DNA from: an uncultured cyanobacterium
Lineage (GTDB): Bacteria > Cyanobacteriota > Cyanobacteriia > Cyanobacteriales > CAWCAG01
Direction of reading: 5' to 3'
Assembly: GCA_963803805.1 (NCBI GenBank)
Contig: CAWDOD010000003.1
Location: 512,001-576,000 of the forward strand
Length of the DNA stretch: 64,000 bases
A model generated the notes under the pieces. That model made no database searches, was not told where the DNA came from, and was given only the letters and a program-made list of their open reading frames with translations. Below, one piece after another: positions 38,345 through 48,452 of the stretch (position 1 is the stretch's first letter; each line of letters begins with the position of its first letter). Made by a program: the position numbers and the translations under genes.

Positions 38345-40069
38345 ATGCAAAAACGGTCTAGTTATTGGTTGCTTTTACCCCTAATTCGTTCTCAAATAAG
38401 TACGATTATTAAAGCCTTAAGCTGTACTTTAGCTTTTACAGTATTTTGGCCCATTTTAGCTTGGTTAGCGGGGAGGATGGCGGGATATATTGGGCAAGGA
38501 AATATTGAGGCGATCGCACAATTAGCAGGAGTTGCGGCGGTTATTTTCCTGATTCGGGGTGCTGTGCAATACGGGCAAGATGCTTTGATGGCGAAAGCAG
38601 CATTGAAAATCTCTCTCAATCTACGCAAGCAGGTATATTCTCATTTGCAACAACTCAGCCTCGATTATTTTGAAACTGCCAAAACCGGAGACTTAACCTA
38701 TCGCCTCACCGAAGATACAGATCGGGTGGGGGAGGTAATTAACAAAATCTTCCATCAATTTGTACCTTGCATACTGCAACTGGTGGTAGTTTTAGGTTAT
38801 ATGTTTTACCTCAACTGGCAATTAACCCTGGCTGCATTGATTATTGCCCCAGCAATGGCAGTGTTAATTGGGGCTTTTGGGGAGAGGTTGCTAAAGTTTT
38901 CCCGCCGTAGTCAAAACCGTATCTCTAACCTCTCTTCCCTCCTCACTGAAGTATTTAGCGGTATTCGTTTAGTCAAAGCTTTCGCCGCAGAAGATTATGA
39001 AATTCAACGCTTCGCCCAAGAAGCAGAACAAAATCGCCGGGCCAAATATTTAGCAGAAAAAGTTAAAGCCTTTCAATTCGTTGCCGTGGGTTTCCTCGAA
39101 GCCATGAGTGTCATTTTGCTCTTTTTCTTAGGGGGTTGGCAAATTTCCCAAGGTAACTTAACCGGTAGTGATTTTGTCGCTTACATCGCCGCCGTTGCTT
39201 TATTAATCGATCCTATCGCCATCACCACCAGCAACTACAACGAGTTCAAAGAAGGAGAAGCTTCTGTAGATCGGGTATTTGAACTTTTAGCCATTGAAGC
39301 AACGGTACAAGAAAACCCCCAAGCAACTAACCTTCCGGCTGTAACCGGGAAAGTGCAGTACCAAAACATCAACTTCGCCTACCACAGCAATCAACCCGTC
39401 TTACAAAACCTCAGCTTCCTCGCCCATCCCGGAGATACCATCGCCTTAGTAGGTTCTTCTGGGGCAGGAAAAACCACCCTAGTTAACCTCCTACCTCGCT
39501 TCTACGATACCCAAGGGGGACAAATTCTCATTGATGGTATTGATATTCAAAAAGTAACTTTAAAAAGCCTCCGTCGCCAAATTGGGATTGTTCCCCAAGA
39601 AACCATCCTCTTTTCCGGCACTATCGCCCAAAATATTGCCTTTGGACAAACAGAATATGAACTTAAAGATATCGAAGCAGCCGCGAAAATAGCCAACGCT
39701 CACCAATTTATTAGCCAATTCTCCCAAGGCTACCATACCTATGTCGGGGAAAGGGGAGTTAACCTTTCCGGGGGACAAAAACAAAGAATTGCGATCGCCC
39801 GTGCAGTCTTATTAAATCCCCGCATCTTAATCTTAGATGAAGCAACTTCTGCATTAGATTCAGAATCAGAAGCTTTGGTACAAGAAGCTTTGCAACGTAT
39901 TATGGAAGAGCGTACCGTATTCGTCATCGCCCACCGTCTCGCGACTGTGCGTAGTGCAAGTCGCATTTTAGTTTTAGAAAAAGGACAAATCGTGGAATCC
40001 GGTACTCACGAAGAGTTGTTAACCAAGCAAGGGCGTTATGCAACTTTTCATGCCAGACAGTTTCAGTGA
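38345..40069 (+). CDS. ABC exporter, fused permease/ATPase (MsbA-like)
   Basis: TM domain, GSSGAGKTT, LSGGQKQR, ILILDEATSALD, IAHRL. Confidence 0.95.
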   Translation: MQKRSSYWLLLPLIRSQISTIIKALSCTLAFTVFWPILAWLAGRMAGYIGQGNIEAIAQLAGVAAVIFLIRGAVQYGQDALMAKAALKISLNLRKQVYSHLQQLSLDYFETAKTGDLTYRLTEDTDRVGEVINKIFHQFVPCILQLVVVLGYMFYLNWQLTLAALIIAPAMAVLIGAFGERLLKFSRRSQNRISNLSSLLTEVFSGIRLVKAFAAEDYEIQRFAQEAEQNRRAKYLAEKVKAFQFVAVGFLEAMSVILLFFLGGWQISQGNLTGSDFVAYIAAVALLIDPIAITTSNYNEFKEGEASVDRVFELLAIEATVQENPQATNLPAVTGKVQYQNINFAYHSNQPVLQNLSFLAHPGDTIALVGSSGAGKTTLVNLLPRFYDTQGGQILIDGIDIQKVTLKSLRRQIGIVPQETILFSGTIAQNIAFGQTEYELKDIEAAAKIANAHQFISQFSQGYHTYVGERGVNLSGGQKQRIAIARAVLLNPRILILDEATSALDSESEALVQEALQRIMEERTVFVIAHRLATVRSASRILVLEKGQIVESGTHEELLTKQGRYATFHARQFQ

Positions 40070-40142
40070 ATTGCTACTTGCTAAAATCTTGGTGCGATCG
40101 CACTGCACTTTTTTGTGCATAAAATTACTATCCCCTAATCTC

Positions 40143-40211
40143 GGTGCGTTACGGCAGTATTTAATGTTATTCATTGAACCTTATTGATAATAACCGCCTA
40201 ACGCACCCTAC
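40143..40211. repeat. GTAG-type REP-like palindrome
   Basis: ggtgcgttacggc ... gcctaacgcacc-ctac between convergent genes. Confidence 0.7.
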
Positions 40212-40375
40212 TGGCTAATGATTTTTCTCAATCTCACCCATCAGCCTTCACTTCTACAGTTTGCTGGTATTATTCGTGATTAAATTTAGTTGCACATCCC
40301 GTTAGTAAGGTGTTGGGATAGGAATTAACGACAGGGTAAAGAGTACCTATCTCCTTATTGATTTTATATTAATAA

Positions 40376-41152
40376 CTAGGGGCGGGGGATAATCGTATTT
40401 TCTAACAAACCAATCCCTTCAATGGTAATTTGAACGCGATCGCCTTTATTTAAAGTCCCTATTCCCTCTGGCGTACCCGTGAGAATAATATCCCCTGGTA
40501 GTAGGGTCATTACCTGGGAAATAAAGGCAACCAGGACATTAGGGGGAAAAACCATTTCATTAATCAAGGCTGATTGCCTTGGTTCAGGAGCATCATTAAC
40601 AAAAGTCTCTAATCTTGCCCCAGGGCTTAATTCTCGGACGATCCAAGGGCCTAAAGGACAAAAAGTATCAAACCCTTTAGCCCGTGTCCACTGACCATCC
40701 TGACGCTGCAAATCCCGCGCTGTGACATCATTGGCAATGGTATAACCCCAAATACAATCTTCTGCCTCCTCTGGGGAACAATGGCTACAGCGATCGCCAA
40801 TGACTAAAGCCAATTCTCCTTCATAATCAACTTGCTGTGCCTGGGAAGGATAATGAATAGGCTGTCCACTAGCGATAATCGTAGTAGGGGGTTTAATAAA
40901 CAGCAACGGTTCTTGAGGTACAGGAGTCCCCATTTCCGCAGCATGGCGATGATAATTTTTACCCACCGCAACAACTTTAGAAGGGGCGCAAGGAGCTAAT
41001 AAATTATAGCGTTCTGCTTCTAATTCCATATCCGTAGGTCTTCCTCCCAACCAAGGGGGGGCATCAAGAACCTGGACATTGCGGCTTAACAGGAGTAAGC
41101 CATAGTAAGTTTGACCTTGATGAGTTTTTACTCTAACGTAGCGTTGCGCCAT
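40376..41152 (-). CDS. Fumarylacetoacetate hydrolase family protein
   Basis: VGKNY, PLLFIKP, VDYEGEL, ANDVTARD, RAKGFDTFCPLGP, ILTGTPEG. Confidence 0.93.
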   Translation of the reverse strand: MAQRYVRVKTHQGQTYYGLLLLSRNVQVLDAPPWLGGRPTDMELEAERYNLLAPCAPSKVVAVGKNYHRHAAEMGTPVPQEPLLFIKPPTTIIASGQPIHYPSQAQQVDYEGELALVIGDRCSHCSPEEAEDCIWGYTIANDVTARDLQRQDGQWTRAKGFDTFCPLGPWIVRELSPGARLETFVNDAPEPRQSALINEMVFPPNVLVAFISQVMTLLPGDIILTGTPEGIGTLNKGDRVQITIEGIGLLENTIIPRP

Positions 41153-41243
41153 AGAAAAGGTAGAAGTATCTTAAATTTAAGTTTGGAGATATTACTAATT
41201 TAGAAAACTAGCAAAGATTACCATAGTAGTAGTAAGATTTTAA

Positions 41244-41325
41244 TTCCTTGCTTCTTTATTTGAGGACAAAAAAGAATAATTTTTTTTGCTGCCAATGTCA
41301 AGAAGCCATATTGCCCACAAGGAGA
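41244..41325 (+). promoter_or_regulatory. Candidate S6:S18 (rpsF) leader structure
   Basis: ccttg (41246) pairs with caagg of the SD (41318), and cttct pairs with agaag; a CC-rich internal loop precedes the SD stem. Confidence 0.5.
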
Positions 41326-41333
41326 TAATTTTC

Positions 41334-41666
41334 ATGGCTAGTTACGAGTTAATGTACATCATCCGTCCCGATATTCCAGAGGAGCGGGTAGAGGAAACCA
41401 TCAATAAATATCGCACTTTTTTAGTTGATCAAGGAGCCGAAGATATCCAAATACAGAATCGAGGTAAGCGCCGCCTAGCTTATGAGATTCAAAACTTTCA
41501 AGATGGCATTTATATCCAGGTCAATTACCAAGCTGGAGGTACTCATGTAGCGCTTATGGAGCGTTCTATGCGTTTGAGCGAGGAAGTTATTCGTTATATG
41601 ACCTTGAGAGTAAACGAGCCAAAACCTGCCCCTGCTGAAGCAGAAGATGTGGCAACTGAAGCTTAG
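41334..41666 (+). CDS. rpsF: 30S ribosomal protein S6
   Basis: [33 protein letters not shown] upstream of the ATG at 41334. Confidence 0.96.
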   Translation: MASYELMYIIRPDIPEERVEETINKYRTFLVDQGAEDIQIQNRGKRRLAYEIQNFQDGIYIQVNYQAGGTHVALMERSMRLSEEVIRYMTLRVNEPKPAPAEAEDVATEA

Positions 41667-41672
41667 ACTTTT

Positions 41673-41778
41673 AATTGATAGTTGATAATTGATAGTTGAT
41701 GGGCGACCCAATTTAGATCCTGGTTTGTCAATCATATCTGGGAAACGGGTTGCCCCTACGTTGATAACTGATAACTGA
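41673..41778. repeat. 59-bp REP/SDR-like element (41701-41759) embedded in a (gttgata/aattgat) heptamer array
   Basis: gggcgaccc...gggttgcccctac, flanked by gttgat on both sides. Confidence 0.75.
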
Positions 41779-41783
41779 AACTA

Positions 41784-44021
41784 TTGATAACTGTTCGGCC
41801 TATTACCCAAGATTTGGTATTAATTGGTGGTGGGCATTCTCATGCGATCGCTTTGAGAATGTTGGCCATGAATCCTTTATTGGGAGTACGCCTTACTTTA
41901 ATTACTGATACATCCCATACTCCCTACTCAGGGATGCTACCAGGGCATATAGCGGGTTTTTATAGTTATGACGAAACTCATATTGATTTGCGGCGTTTAG
42001 CTGAGTTTGCTGGGGCGCAATTATATGTCGATCAAGCAGTTGGTTTGAATTTAGAAACTAAGCAGGTAATTTGCGCCCTTCATCCCCCGGTGAGTTTTGA
42101 TTATTTATCTATTGATATTGGTAGTACTCCTCAAGCTATTAATGTTCCTGGGGCGCAACATTGGGCAATTCCTGCTAAACCTGTGCCTGAGTTTCTTGCT
42201 AGTTGGAATCGTTTGTGTGCAGAAGTTGGTAATAATCCTAACCAAGCTATTAGTTTAGGTATTGTGGGTGGAGGGGCTGGGGGTGTTGAATTGGCTTTGA
42301 ATATGCAAAGGCATTTGCATAATTTGCTCAAGCAACATCAGCAGGATATTAATAATTTAACTATTCATCTTTTCCATCGTGGTCAGGAATTATTATCTAA
42401 TCATAATTCTTGGGTTAGTAAGCGTTTAGAAAATATTTTAATTAAACGAGGTATTCAATTACATTTGCTAGAAGATGTGGTGGAAATAACTGGGACATCG
42501 AGTAATCATAAAAGAGTTATTTGTCAATCTGGTTTAAAAAAAGAATGTAACTCTGTATTTTGGGTCACTAATGCTAGTGCGCCAGGTTGGATTCAAGAGT
42601 CTGGTTTAGCCACTGATCATCAAGGCTTTATTTTAGTTAAAGAGACTCTGCAATCTCTTTCCCATCCCTACATTTTTGCCGCAGGGGATATTGCCACCAT
42701 GCAAAATCATTCCCGCCCTAAAGCGGGAGTTTTTGCCGTACGACAAGGTAAACCTTTAGGCAAAAACCTGCGACATATTTTATTAGGAGAAACCTTAGAT
42801 TCATATGTACCTCAAAAACGCTACCTCGCCTTAATTGGTACGGGGGATAAACAGGCGATCGCTTCTTGGTGGCGTTTTGGTTGGCAATCGTCTTGGTTAT
42901 GGCGGTGGAAGGATCGTATTGATCGCCAGTTTATGGATATGTTTGCAGATTTGCCGAGTATGGAGGCAGAAACTAAAACTGATAATCCTCCTTTAATGCC
43001 TTGTTCTGGTTGCGGTTCTAAGGTAGGAAGTAGTACATTAAATGCTGTTTTAAAAAGGCTACAAATCTCAGAAAATGAAGATGTAATTATCGGTATTAAT
43101 AACCCTGATGATGCTGCTATTGTTAGGGTTCCAGCAGGTAAATTAATGGTACATACCGTTGACTATTTCCCTAGTTTAATTAATGACCCCTTTATTTTTG
43201 GTCAAATTGCTACTAATCATTGTTTAAGTGATATTTTTGCTATGGGCGCCACCCCTCAAACTGCCTTAGCAATAGTAACAGTTCCCTATGGCATTGAAGA
43301 GAAAGTCGCCGAAACACTTTATCAATTACTTTCCGGGGCTAATAAAGTTTTGCAACAGAGTAAAACTTCTTTAGTTGGGGGTCATACTATAGAAGGAAAA
43401 GAACTGTCTTTTGGTTTGAGTTGTAACGGGTTGGTAGAAGGAGAGAAATTACTCAGAAAAAGCAATTTACAACCAGGACAAATACTAATTTTAACTAAAG
43501 CAATTGGAACCGGAACCTTATTTGCTGCTAATATGCGTTACCAAGCTAAGGGTAGATGGATAGAAAAAGCAGTAACATCGATGCTGATATCTAACCAAAA
43601 AGCTGCCGAAATTTTCCTTCAATATGGTGCAACAGCTTGTACTGATATTACCGGTTTTGGTTTATTGGGGCATTTAATAGAAATGGTTAAAGCTTCCGAA
43701 GTTAATCTTGAATTAGACTTAGAAAAAATCTCGATTTTACCAGGTGCGATCGCAACAATCAAAAAAGGTATTACCAGTTCTTTACAAGCCCAAAATTTTC
43801 GCGCCGCAACCTATATTCAAAATGCTTCAGAAGTGAGTTATAAACCGGAGTATCAACTTCTTTTTGATCCCCAAACTTCTGGCGGCTTGTTAGCAACTTT
43901 ACCTCCAGAAAAAGCTGAGTCTTGTTTAAGAGAGTTGCGACAGCAAGGTTATGAAGATAGCAGTTTGATTGGTAGGGTTTTGCCTTTTGACTCTGAGGTT
44001 GCACCCGTTTTAATTGGCTAA
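41784..44021 (+). CDS. selD: FAD-dependent oxidoreductase fused to selenide,water dikinase
   Basis: LVLIGGGHSH, YSGMLPG, VGGGAGGVE, FAAGD; then CSGCGSKV, DDAA, TVDYF, SDIFAMG, GGHT, TDITGFGLLGHL, DPQTSGGLL. Confidence 0.9.
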   Translation: MITVRPITQDLVLIGGGHSHAIALRMLAMNPLLGVRLTLITDTSHTPYSGMLPGHIAGFYSYDETHIDLRRLAEFAGAQLYVDQAVGLNLETKQVICALHPPVSFDYLSIDIGSTPQAINVPGAQHWAIPAKPVPEFLASWNRLCAEVGNNPNQAISLGIVGGGAGGVELALNMQRHLHNLLKQHQQDINNLTIHLFHRGQELLSNHNSWVSKRLENILIKRGIQLHLLEDVVEITGTSSNHKRVICQSGLKKECNSVFWVTNASAPGWIQESGLATDHQGFILVKETLQSLSHPYIFAAGDIATMQNHSRPKAGVFAVRQGKPLGKNLRHILLGETLDSYVPQKRYLALIGTGDKQAIASWWRFGWQSSWLWRWKDRIDRQFMDMFADLPSMEAETKTDNPPLMPCSGCGSKVGSSTLNAVLKRLQISENEDVIIGINNPDDAAIVRVPAGKLMVHTVDYFPSLINDPFIFGQIATNHCLSDIFAMGATPQTALAIVTVPYGIEEKVAETLYQLLSGANKVLQQSKTSLVGGHTIEGKELSFGLSCNGLVEGEKLLRKSNLQPGQILILTKAIGTGTLFAANMRYQAKGRWIEKAVTSMLISNQKAAEIFLQYGATACTDITGFGLLGHLIEMVKASEVNLELDLEKISILPGAIATIKKGITSSLQAQNFRAATYIQNASEVSYKPEYQLLFDPQTSGGLLATLPPEKAESCLRELRQQGYEDSSLIGRVLPFDSEVAPVLIG

Positions 44022-44490
44022 GTTATATATGATTAGATTATTCAAAAAACTATCGGTTGAAATTAATTTTGATGAAACCATACATATTTCTCTTTATTGT
44101 TAGTATACTCAGTGGTCATGCTCTGAAAAATAATTGCGATCGCCCTTATTTAGATATCTTGTTACTAGGAATTTGATAGCTTTCATCTTTTCTATCACTT
44201 GTTCGTCAGTAAACGAAGGATTCTCTCTAAGAATAGTCCAATAGAGAATATAATCATTTACTCTATCCTGTAAATTCTGACCTTTACCATGTTTATCAAT
44301 TCATCCTTGTACTTCTTTCCTAGTAGGTACTTGAGGACTTTTAGTAAAGCTGAAGGCTTTACATTTATCTCTTATTTCTTACAAAGTATTTATAAAGTTT
44401 TTTAAAAATATCTATAAAATATTCAAAACTATAGCTAAACTATCTAATAAGTATGTCATACTATATTTGTAACTTAAGCAAATAAACATT

Positions 44491-44946
44491 ATGGCAAATA
44501 CAATTCTTACCTATACTAGGAACGACTTAGAGTACATCAAGTCTAAAGGATGTGACGATGGTTGGGTTCTTAATGAAAATCGGGCAGGGTCTTGTGAGTA
44601 TTTAGTTTGTTGTAATTCACAAGGAGCTAAACAAAGAAGTGCTTTTTTAGTAGGGTTAATAAGTAGAATTCGCCATATTGAGGAAAAACGTTGGGCAATA
44701 CATATTTCCGAGTATGCAAGTGTTGATGTTTCTGATGTGTGGAAAGGTTGGCAAAATCCCGTTCATTACACCACTTTAGAAGAGTTGGGAATTGAGCCTT
44801 CTGTTCTCAAGTTTCAAAAAATTGAACAAGAAGAAAAAACGGAAATCAAAGAAATTCCTTCTTTATCAATCGAACAAGCAAAAGAGGGAATATCAAAGAA
44901 ATTTAATATTTCCCCAGACCAAATTGAAATTGTCATCAAAGGTTAA
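44491..44946 (+). CDS. Hypothetical protein
   Basis: 151-aa ORF with WVL, YLVCC, NPVHY and a C-terminal LSIEQAKEG...IEIVIKG. Confidence 0.7.
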   Translation: MANTILTYTRNDLEYIKSKGCDDGWVLNENRAGSCEYLVCCNSQGAKQRSAFLVGLISRIRHIEEKRWAIHISEYASVDVSDVWKGWQNPVHYTTLEELGIEPSVLKFQKIEQEEKTEIKEIPSLSIEQAKEGISKKFNISPDQIEIVIKG

Positions 44947-45058
44947 TAAAAAATTGTTCGCATAAATGGCTCTCTCAACACAATGGGGTAAAAAATGAAA
45001 ATTAGATCAACTCAAAAACAATTACACAAAGTTGCGTACGCGTGGGGAAGTCTATTCT

Positions 45059-46864
45059 TTATTGACAAACGTAAAAGCAACTATATAGATGTTCTTCCCC
45101 TGTGGGTTCAAACTTGTTGGTTATCCAAGCAGATTGGTAGGGTTGCAGTACAAATTCAGAATAAAGATCCTCAATTTGATAGCCGCTGATGAGATCAGCC
45201 CAAGAATCTGTACCTACTAAATTCAAATCTCCTAAGTTAATTTTTTGAGTGCGATCGCTCAAATTATGCAAACAGAAAATGCTTTGATCTCTGATAATAC
45301 TTTGTCGCCAAAAAGCAAAAATTTCTGGGGCAATATGAAGAGTATATTGAGTCGCGTTGGGGTGAAATGCCCCTTGTTGGCGACGGATTTTAATTAAGCG
45401 AGAAAGTTCTTTTAAAACAATAGCTTGAGGAGATTTTGTATCTTGCAGTTTTTGATTTAACTCCTCATAATTCCATTGGTAGCGATTAATAGAACGGTTT
45501 CTTCCTGTACGCTTAACCCCTTCATGATCATTTGGCGTTGCTAACAAACTATGAATATAAAAAGCAGGGATACCTTCTAAGGACATCATCACAGTTTGAG
45601 AACAAACAAAGCGTTGAATTTGCCAATTATCCTCCCCATTAGCAGTACCTTTTAAAGCATCAAAAAGAGAAATATTTACCTCATAAGGACTTTCTGTACC
45701 ATCGTCCTTCATCCTCATACTAATTTCCCCACCAAATTGCTTCATACAACTAAGTAGAGTTTGATATTCATCATCAGATAACAACCCTTCAGCAGGGCGC
45801 AAACCAATACCATCGTGGGAAGCGGTAAAGTTGAGATAAGCACATCCTAGGGGTGCAGGAGGCATACTCATCATCCAAGTTTTGAGGTGAACGCATTTCC
45901 CTTGGAGTAAAGCATTAAGTAATAGAGGTGGCAAACTAAAATTATAAATCATATGAGCCTCATTACGGTTGCCGAAGTAACTGAGGTTTTCTTTATTCGG
46001 TACGTTAGTTTCTGTGATTAAGGCAATGGAGGGATCTACCATTTGCAAAATTTCCCGCATCAGCTTAATAGCCGTATGAGTCTCTACCAAATGGATACAA
46101 GGAGTCCCCAAACACTTCCACAAATACCCAATAGCATCAAGGCGAATATATTTTGCCCCGGCTTGAATATAAAAAATAATGATCTTAATAAACTCGATTA
46201 AAACATCTGGATTAGCAAAATTAAGATCGATTTGATCATGACTAAAGGTTGCCCAAACATACTTTTCCCCCTTAACTGTATCTACTTTTACCAGTAAAGG
46301 ACTGCTACGGGGGCGAACAACACCGGAAGTATCGATATTAGGTTCTACTTCTATAAAATAATCACAACCGGGCTTCTCTCCTTGCTTAAACTGTTCAAAC
46401 CAAGCACTTTGACTAGAAACATGGTTAATAACTAAATCCGCCATTAAATCGAATTTATCGGCAATTCGCTTAATATCCTGCCAATCTCCCAAAGCAGGAT
46501 TAACTGCTAAATAATCAATAACCGCAAAGCCGTCATCAGAACTATAGGGACAAAAAGGTAAAATATGTACCCCAGTAATGGTATCTTCTAAATGCTCTTC
46601 TAAAAAACGGCTCAGGGTAACTAAAGATTTTTCTCCAGAATCGCTATAAATGCTATCCCCGTAGGTAATGAGTAGAACCTTATCTTCACTCCATTTCGTT
46701 AAATTCTCTTCTAGTGAAGTAGCAAAATATTCTTGCAGTTCAGCAAATAACTTTTGTAATAAGGCCTCTATATCCTCATCTACATAGATTTTTTCTAAAA
46801 GAGCCTTAACTCGTACAGAAAAATGAGCATAGCGATCGCTGGTACTGATGGTTGATACAGTCAT
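45059..46864 (-). CDS. GH13_18 sugar phosphorylase, probably glucosylglycerate phosphorylase
   Basis: LITYGD, HILPF, SSDDGF, DLVINH, RLDAIGY nucleophile, ITETNVP acid/base, ASHDGIG, PYEVN. Confidence 0.85.
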   Translation of the reverse strand: MTVSTISTSDRYAHFSVRVKALLEKIYVDEDIEALLQKLFAELQEYFATSLEENLTKWSEDKVLLITYGDSIYSDSGEKSLVTLSRFLEEHLEDTITGVHILPFCPYSSDDGFAVIDYLAVNPALGDWQDIKRIADKFDLMADLVINHVSSQSAWFEQFKQGEKPGCDYFIEVEPNIDTSGVVRPRSSPLLVKVDTVKGEKYVWATFSHDQIDLNFANPDVLIEFIKIIIFYIQAGAKYIRLDAIGYLWKCLGTPCIHLVETHTAIKLMREILQMVDPSIALITETNVPNKENLSYFGNRNEAHMIYNFSLPPLLLNALLQGKCVHLKTWMMSMPPAPLGCAYLNFTASHDGIGLRPAEGLLSDDEYQTLLSCMKQFGGEISMRMKDDGTESPYEVNISLFDALKGTANGEDNWQIQRFVCSQTVMMSLEGIPAFYIHSLLATPNDHEGVKRTGRNRSINRYQWNYEELNQKLQDTKSPQAIVLKELSRLIKIRRQQGAFHPNATQYTLHIAPEIFAFWRQSIIRDQSIFCLHNLSDRTQKINLGDLNLVGTDSWADLISGYQIEDLYSEFVLQPYQSAWITNKFEPTGEEHLYSCFYVCQ

Positions 46865-47003
46865 GATGATATCTAGCTAGTATGTCCAGAGTAAATTTGG
46901 GGATAGTTTTTAACCTCACCATAACTAGCATATAAATATCTCTGCTCCTGGTAAAAAAAGTCACAAATTTCATCCTTAAGGGAAATTTGTACAGTTTTAA
47001 TTT

Positions 47004-47645
47004 TCACTCATTACTATTCTCAAGAAAATTATCTCTACCCGCCACACTTTCTATCGCCGCTTTTACTGCACGGGAGGCAGCCATAATATCTTGCTCTGCC
47101 CCTCCCAAATAAAGTCGTCCGAAACTACCTACAGCACTAATTTGTAGTATATTAATTCGGGCTGCTTTTTCCGCCTCATTCGCAGCTAAAGCAGCATAAG
47201 CCGCAGGCTGTACTTCAAAAACAAAAAGAGTTTGTCCGGCGAGAATCATTTGTCCTCGACAGGTACGATTAATTAGTTGGGCTTGGTGAGAGTCCAGATT
47301 ACGAATAATTTGATTGGAGACAATGCGGGGTTTGAGACATTCTTCTTTGCTAACTCCCAAAGCACTAAGAATTGCCCTACCAGCAGCCCTGGTTTCCCCT
47401 TGGGAGCTAGAATGAATTTCCAGGACTCCATAAAGCCTTTCCACCATTTGTACCCCAGGACGAACCGCAGTGGATTTTAGGGCAACATCAGTAATGCGAT
47501 TAATTTCAATGCCCGGTGAGATTTCAACCCACAGTGAAGTATCTCCTGGTAGAGGCAAAAAGCCTATAGCTACTTTGCCCATATAAGCAGCGTGTTGAGC
47601 CTGTAAGTTATCAAGAAATACGTAACTGCGTAGTTCTATGCCCAA
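47004..47645 (-). CDS. ccmP: Carboxysome circularly permuted BMC-T shell protein CcmP
   Basis: [59 protein letters not shown]. Confidence 0.92.
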   Translation of the reverse strand: MGIELRSYVFLDNLQAQHAAYMGKVAIGFLPLPGDTSLWVEISPGIEINRITDVALKSTAVRPGVQMVERLYGVLEIHSSSQGETRAAGRAILSALGVSKEECLKPRIVSNQIIRNLDSHQAQLINRTCRGQMILAGQTLFVFEVQPAAYAALAANEAEKAARINILQISAVGSFGRLYLGGAEQDIMAASRAVKAAIESVAGRDNFLENSNE

Positions 47646-47720
47646 GGTTTGGATCTCCTGAGTATTGTGGGGTGGCTGGATTACCCCTTAACTATTTTCT
47701 TGCTCAGCCTTGCCCAAATA

Positions 47721-48356
47721 CTATACAGGATTAGAGGATTCTTCAGTTTTCTCTTCTTCAGTTTCTACTATGGCAATTGGCAAAATTTGCTTAACTCGAA
47801 AACCAGGTATAACAAAATCTTGGGTTAGTGTATTACGATCCCAAGGCTCTTGCTGCCCAAACTGCTCTTGACTAGTAGTCAGTACACCCAAGACACTGAC
47901 AGGAATTTGCAAAAATAAATTACTAGCCAAAAAACCTAAAGCTGCTAACAATAACCCAGCAAAACGCCATTGAGGAGGGAAAGGCGCTACCATCGCTACG
48001 GCGGGAGCAACTAAATAGATTTTCCATAGTAACCAAAACAAAAAAACCGCCGTAACGACAGCTATTAAGCGATGTTTAGTAGTTTTAAATAAACTTAAAA
48101 TTTTGAGCTGTTCTGGGGTTAACTCTTCTGATTTAATAGCTAAAATCAAAATACTAAAAATATCAAAAGGACGATTCCACTGCATCCACAACACAGGTAA
48201 AATACCCACTACAGCAATAGGCAGAAATTCTAACCAGAAAGGTAATACAGGATCTCCTACTGCTAACCCCAGCCATACAGCTTGTAAAAATAGGGGTAAA
48301 ACAGCTAAACCAGATAAATGAATCCAGAGGAAAGGTTCAGAGCGAAAGGAACGCAT
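47721..48356 (-). CDS. Cyanobacterial low-complexity-tail membrane protein (typically downstream of infB)
   Basis: EPFLWIHLSGLA, LAVGDP, MQWNRPFDIFS, SNLFLQIPVS. Confidence 0.75.
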   Translation of the reverse strand: MRSFRSEPFLWIHLSGLAVLPLFLQAVWLGLAVGDPVLPFWLEFLPIAVVGILPVLWMQWNRPFDIFSILILAIKSEELTPEQLKILSLFKTTKHRLIAVVTAVFLFWLLWKIYLVAPAVAMVAPFPPQWRFAGLLLAALGFLASNLFLQIPVSVLGVLTTSQEQFGQQEPWDRNTLTQDFVIPGFRVKQILPIAIVETEEEKTEESSNPV

Positions 48357-48385
48357 TGTACTTGATGAGGTAAAGGTTGGCTGTT

Positions 48386-48422
48386 GGTTAGGTTAAAGAA
48401 GCTCGGAGTCTTTAACCTAACC
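48386..48422. terminator. 14-bp stem-loop after infB
   Basis: ggttaggttaaaga-N9-tctttaacctaacc. Confidence 0.65.
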
Positions 48423-48452
48423 ACCTTTGTAATTATTAACTAACGCCACGGT

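Noticed and set aside
28536-44021. Idea that SelD supplies selenium to the Dnd system
   Set aside because: The genes are 9 kb apart and separated by unrelated housekeeping genes; nothing in the sequence links them.
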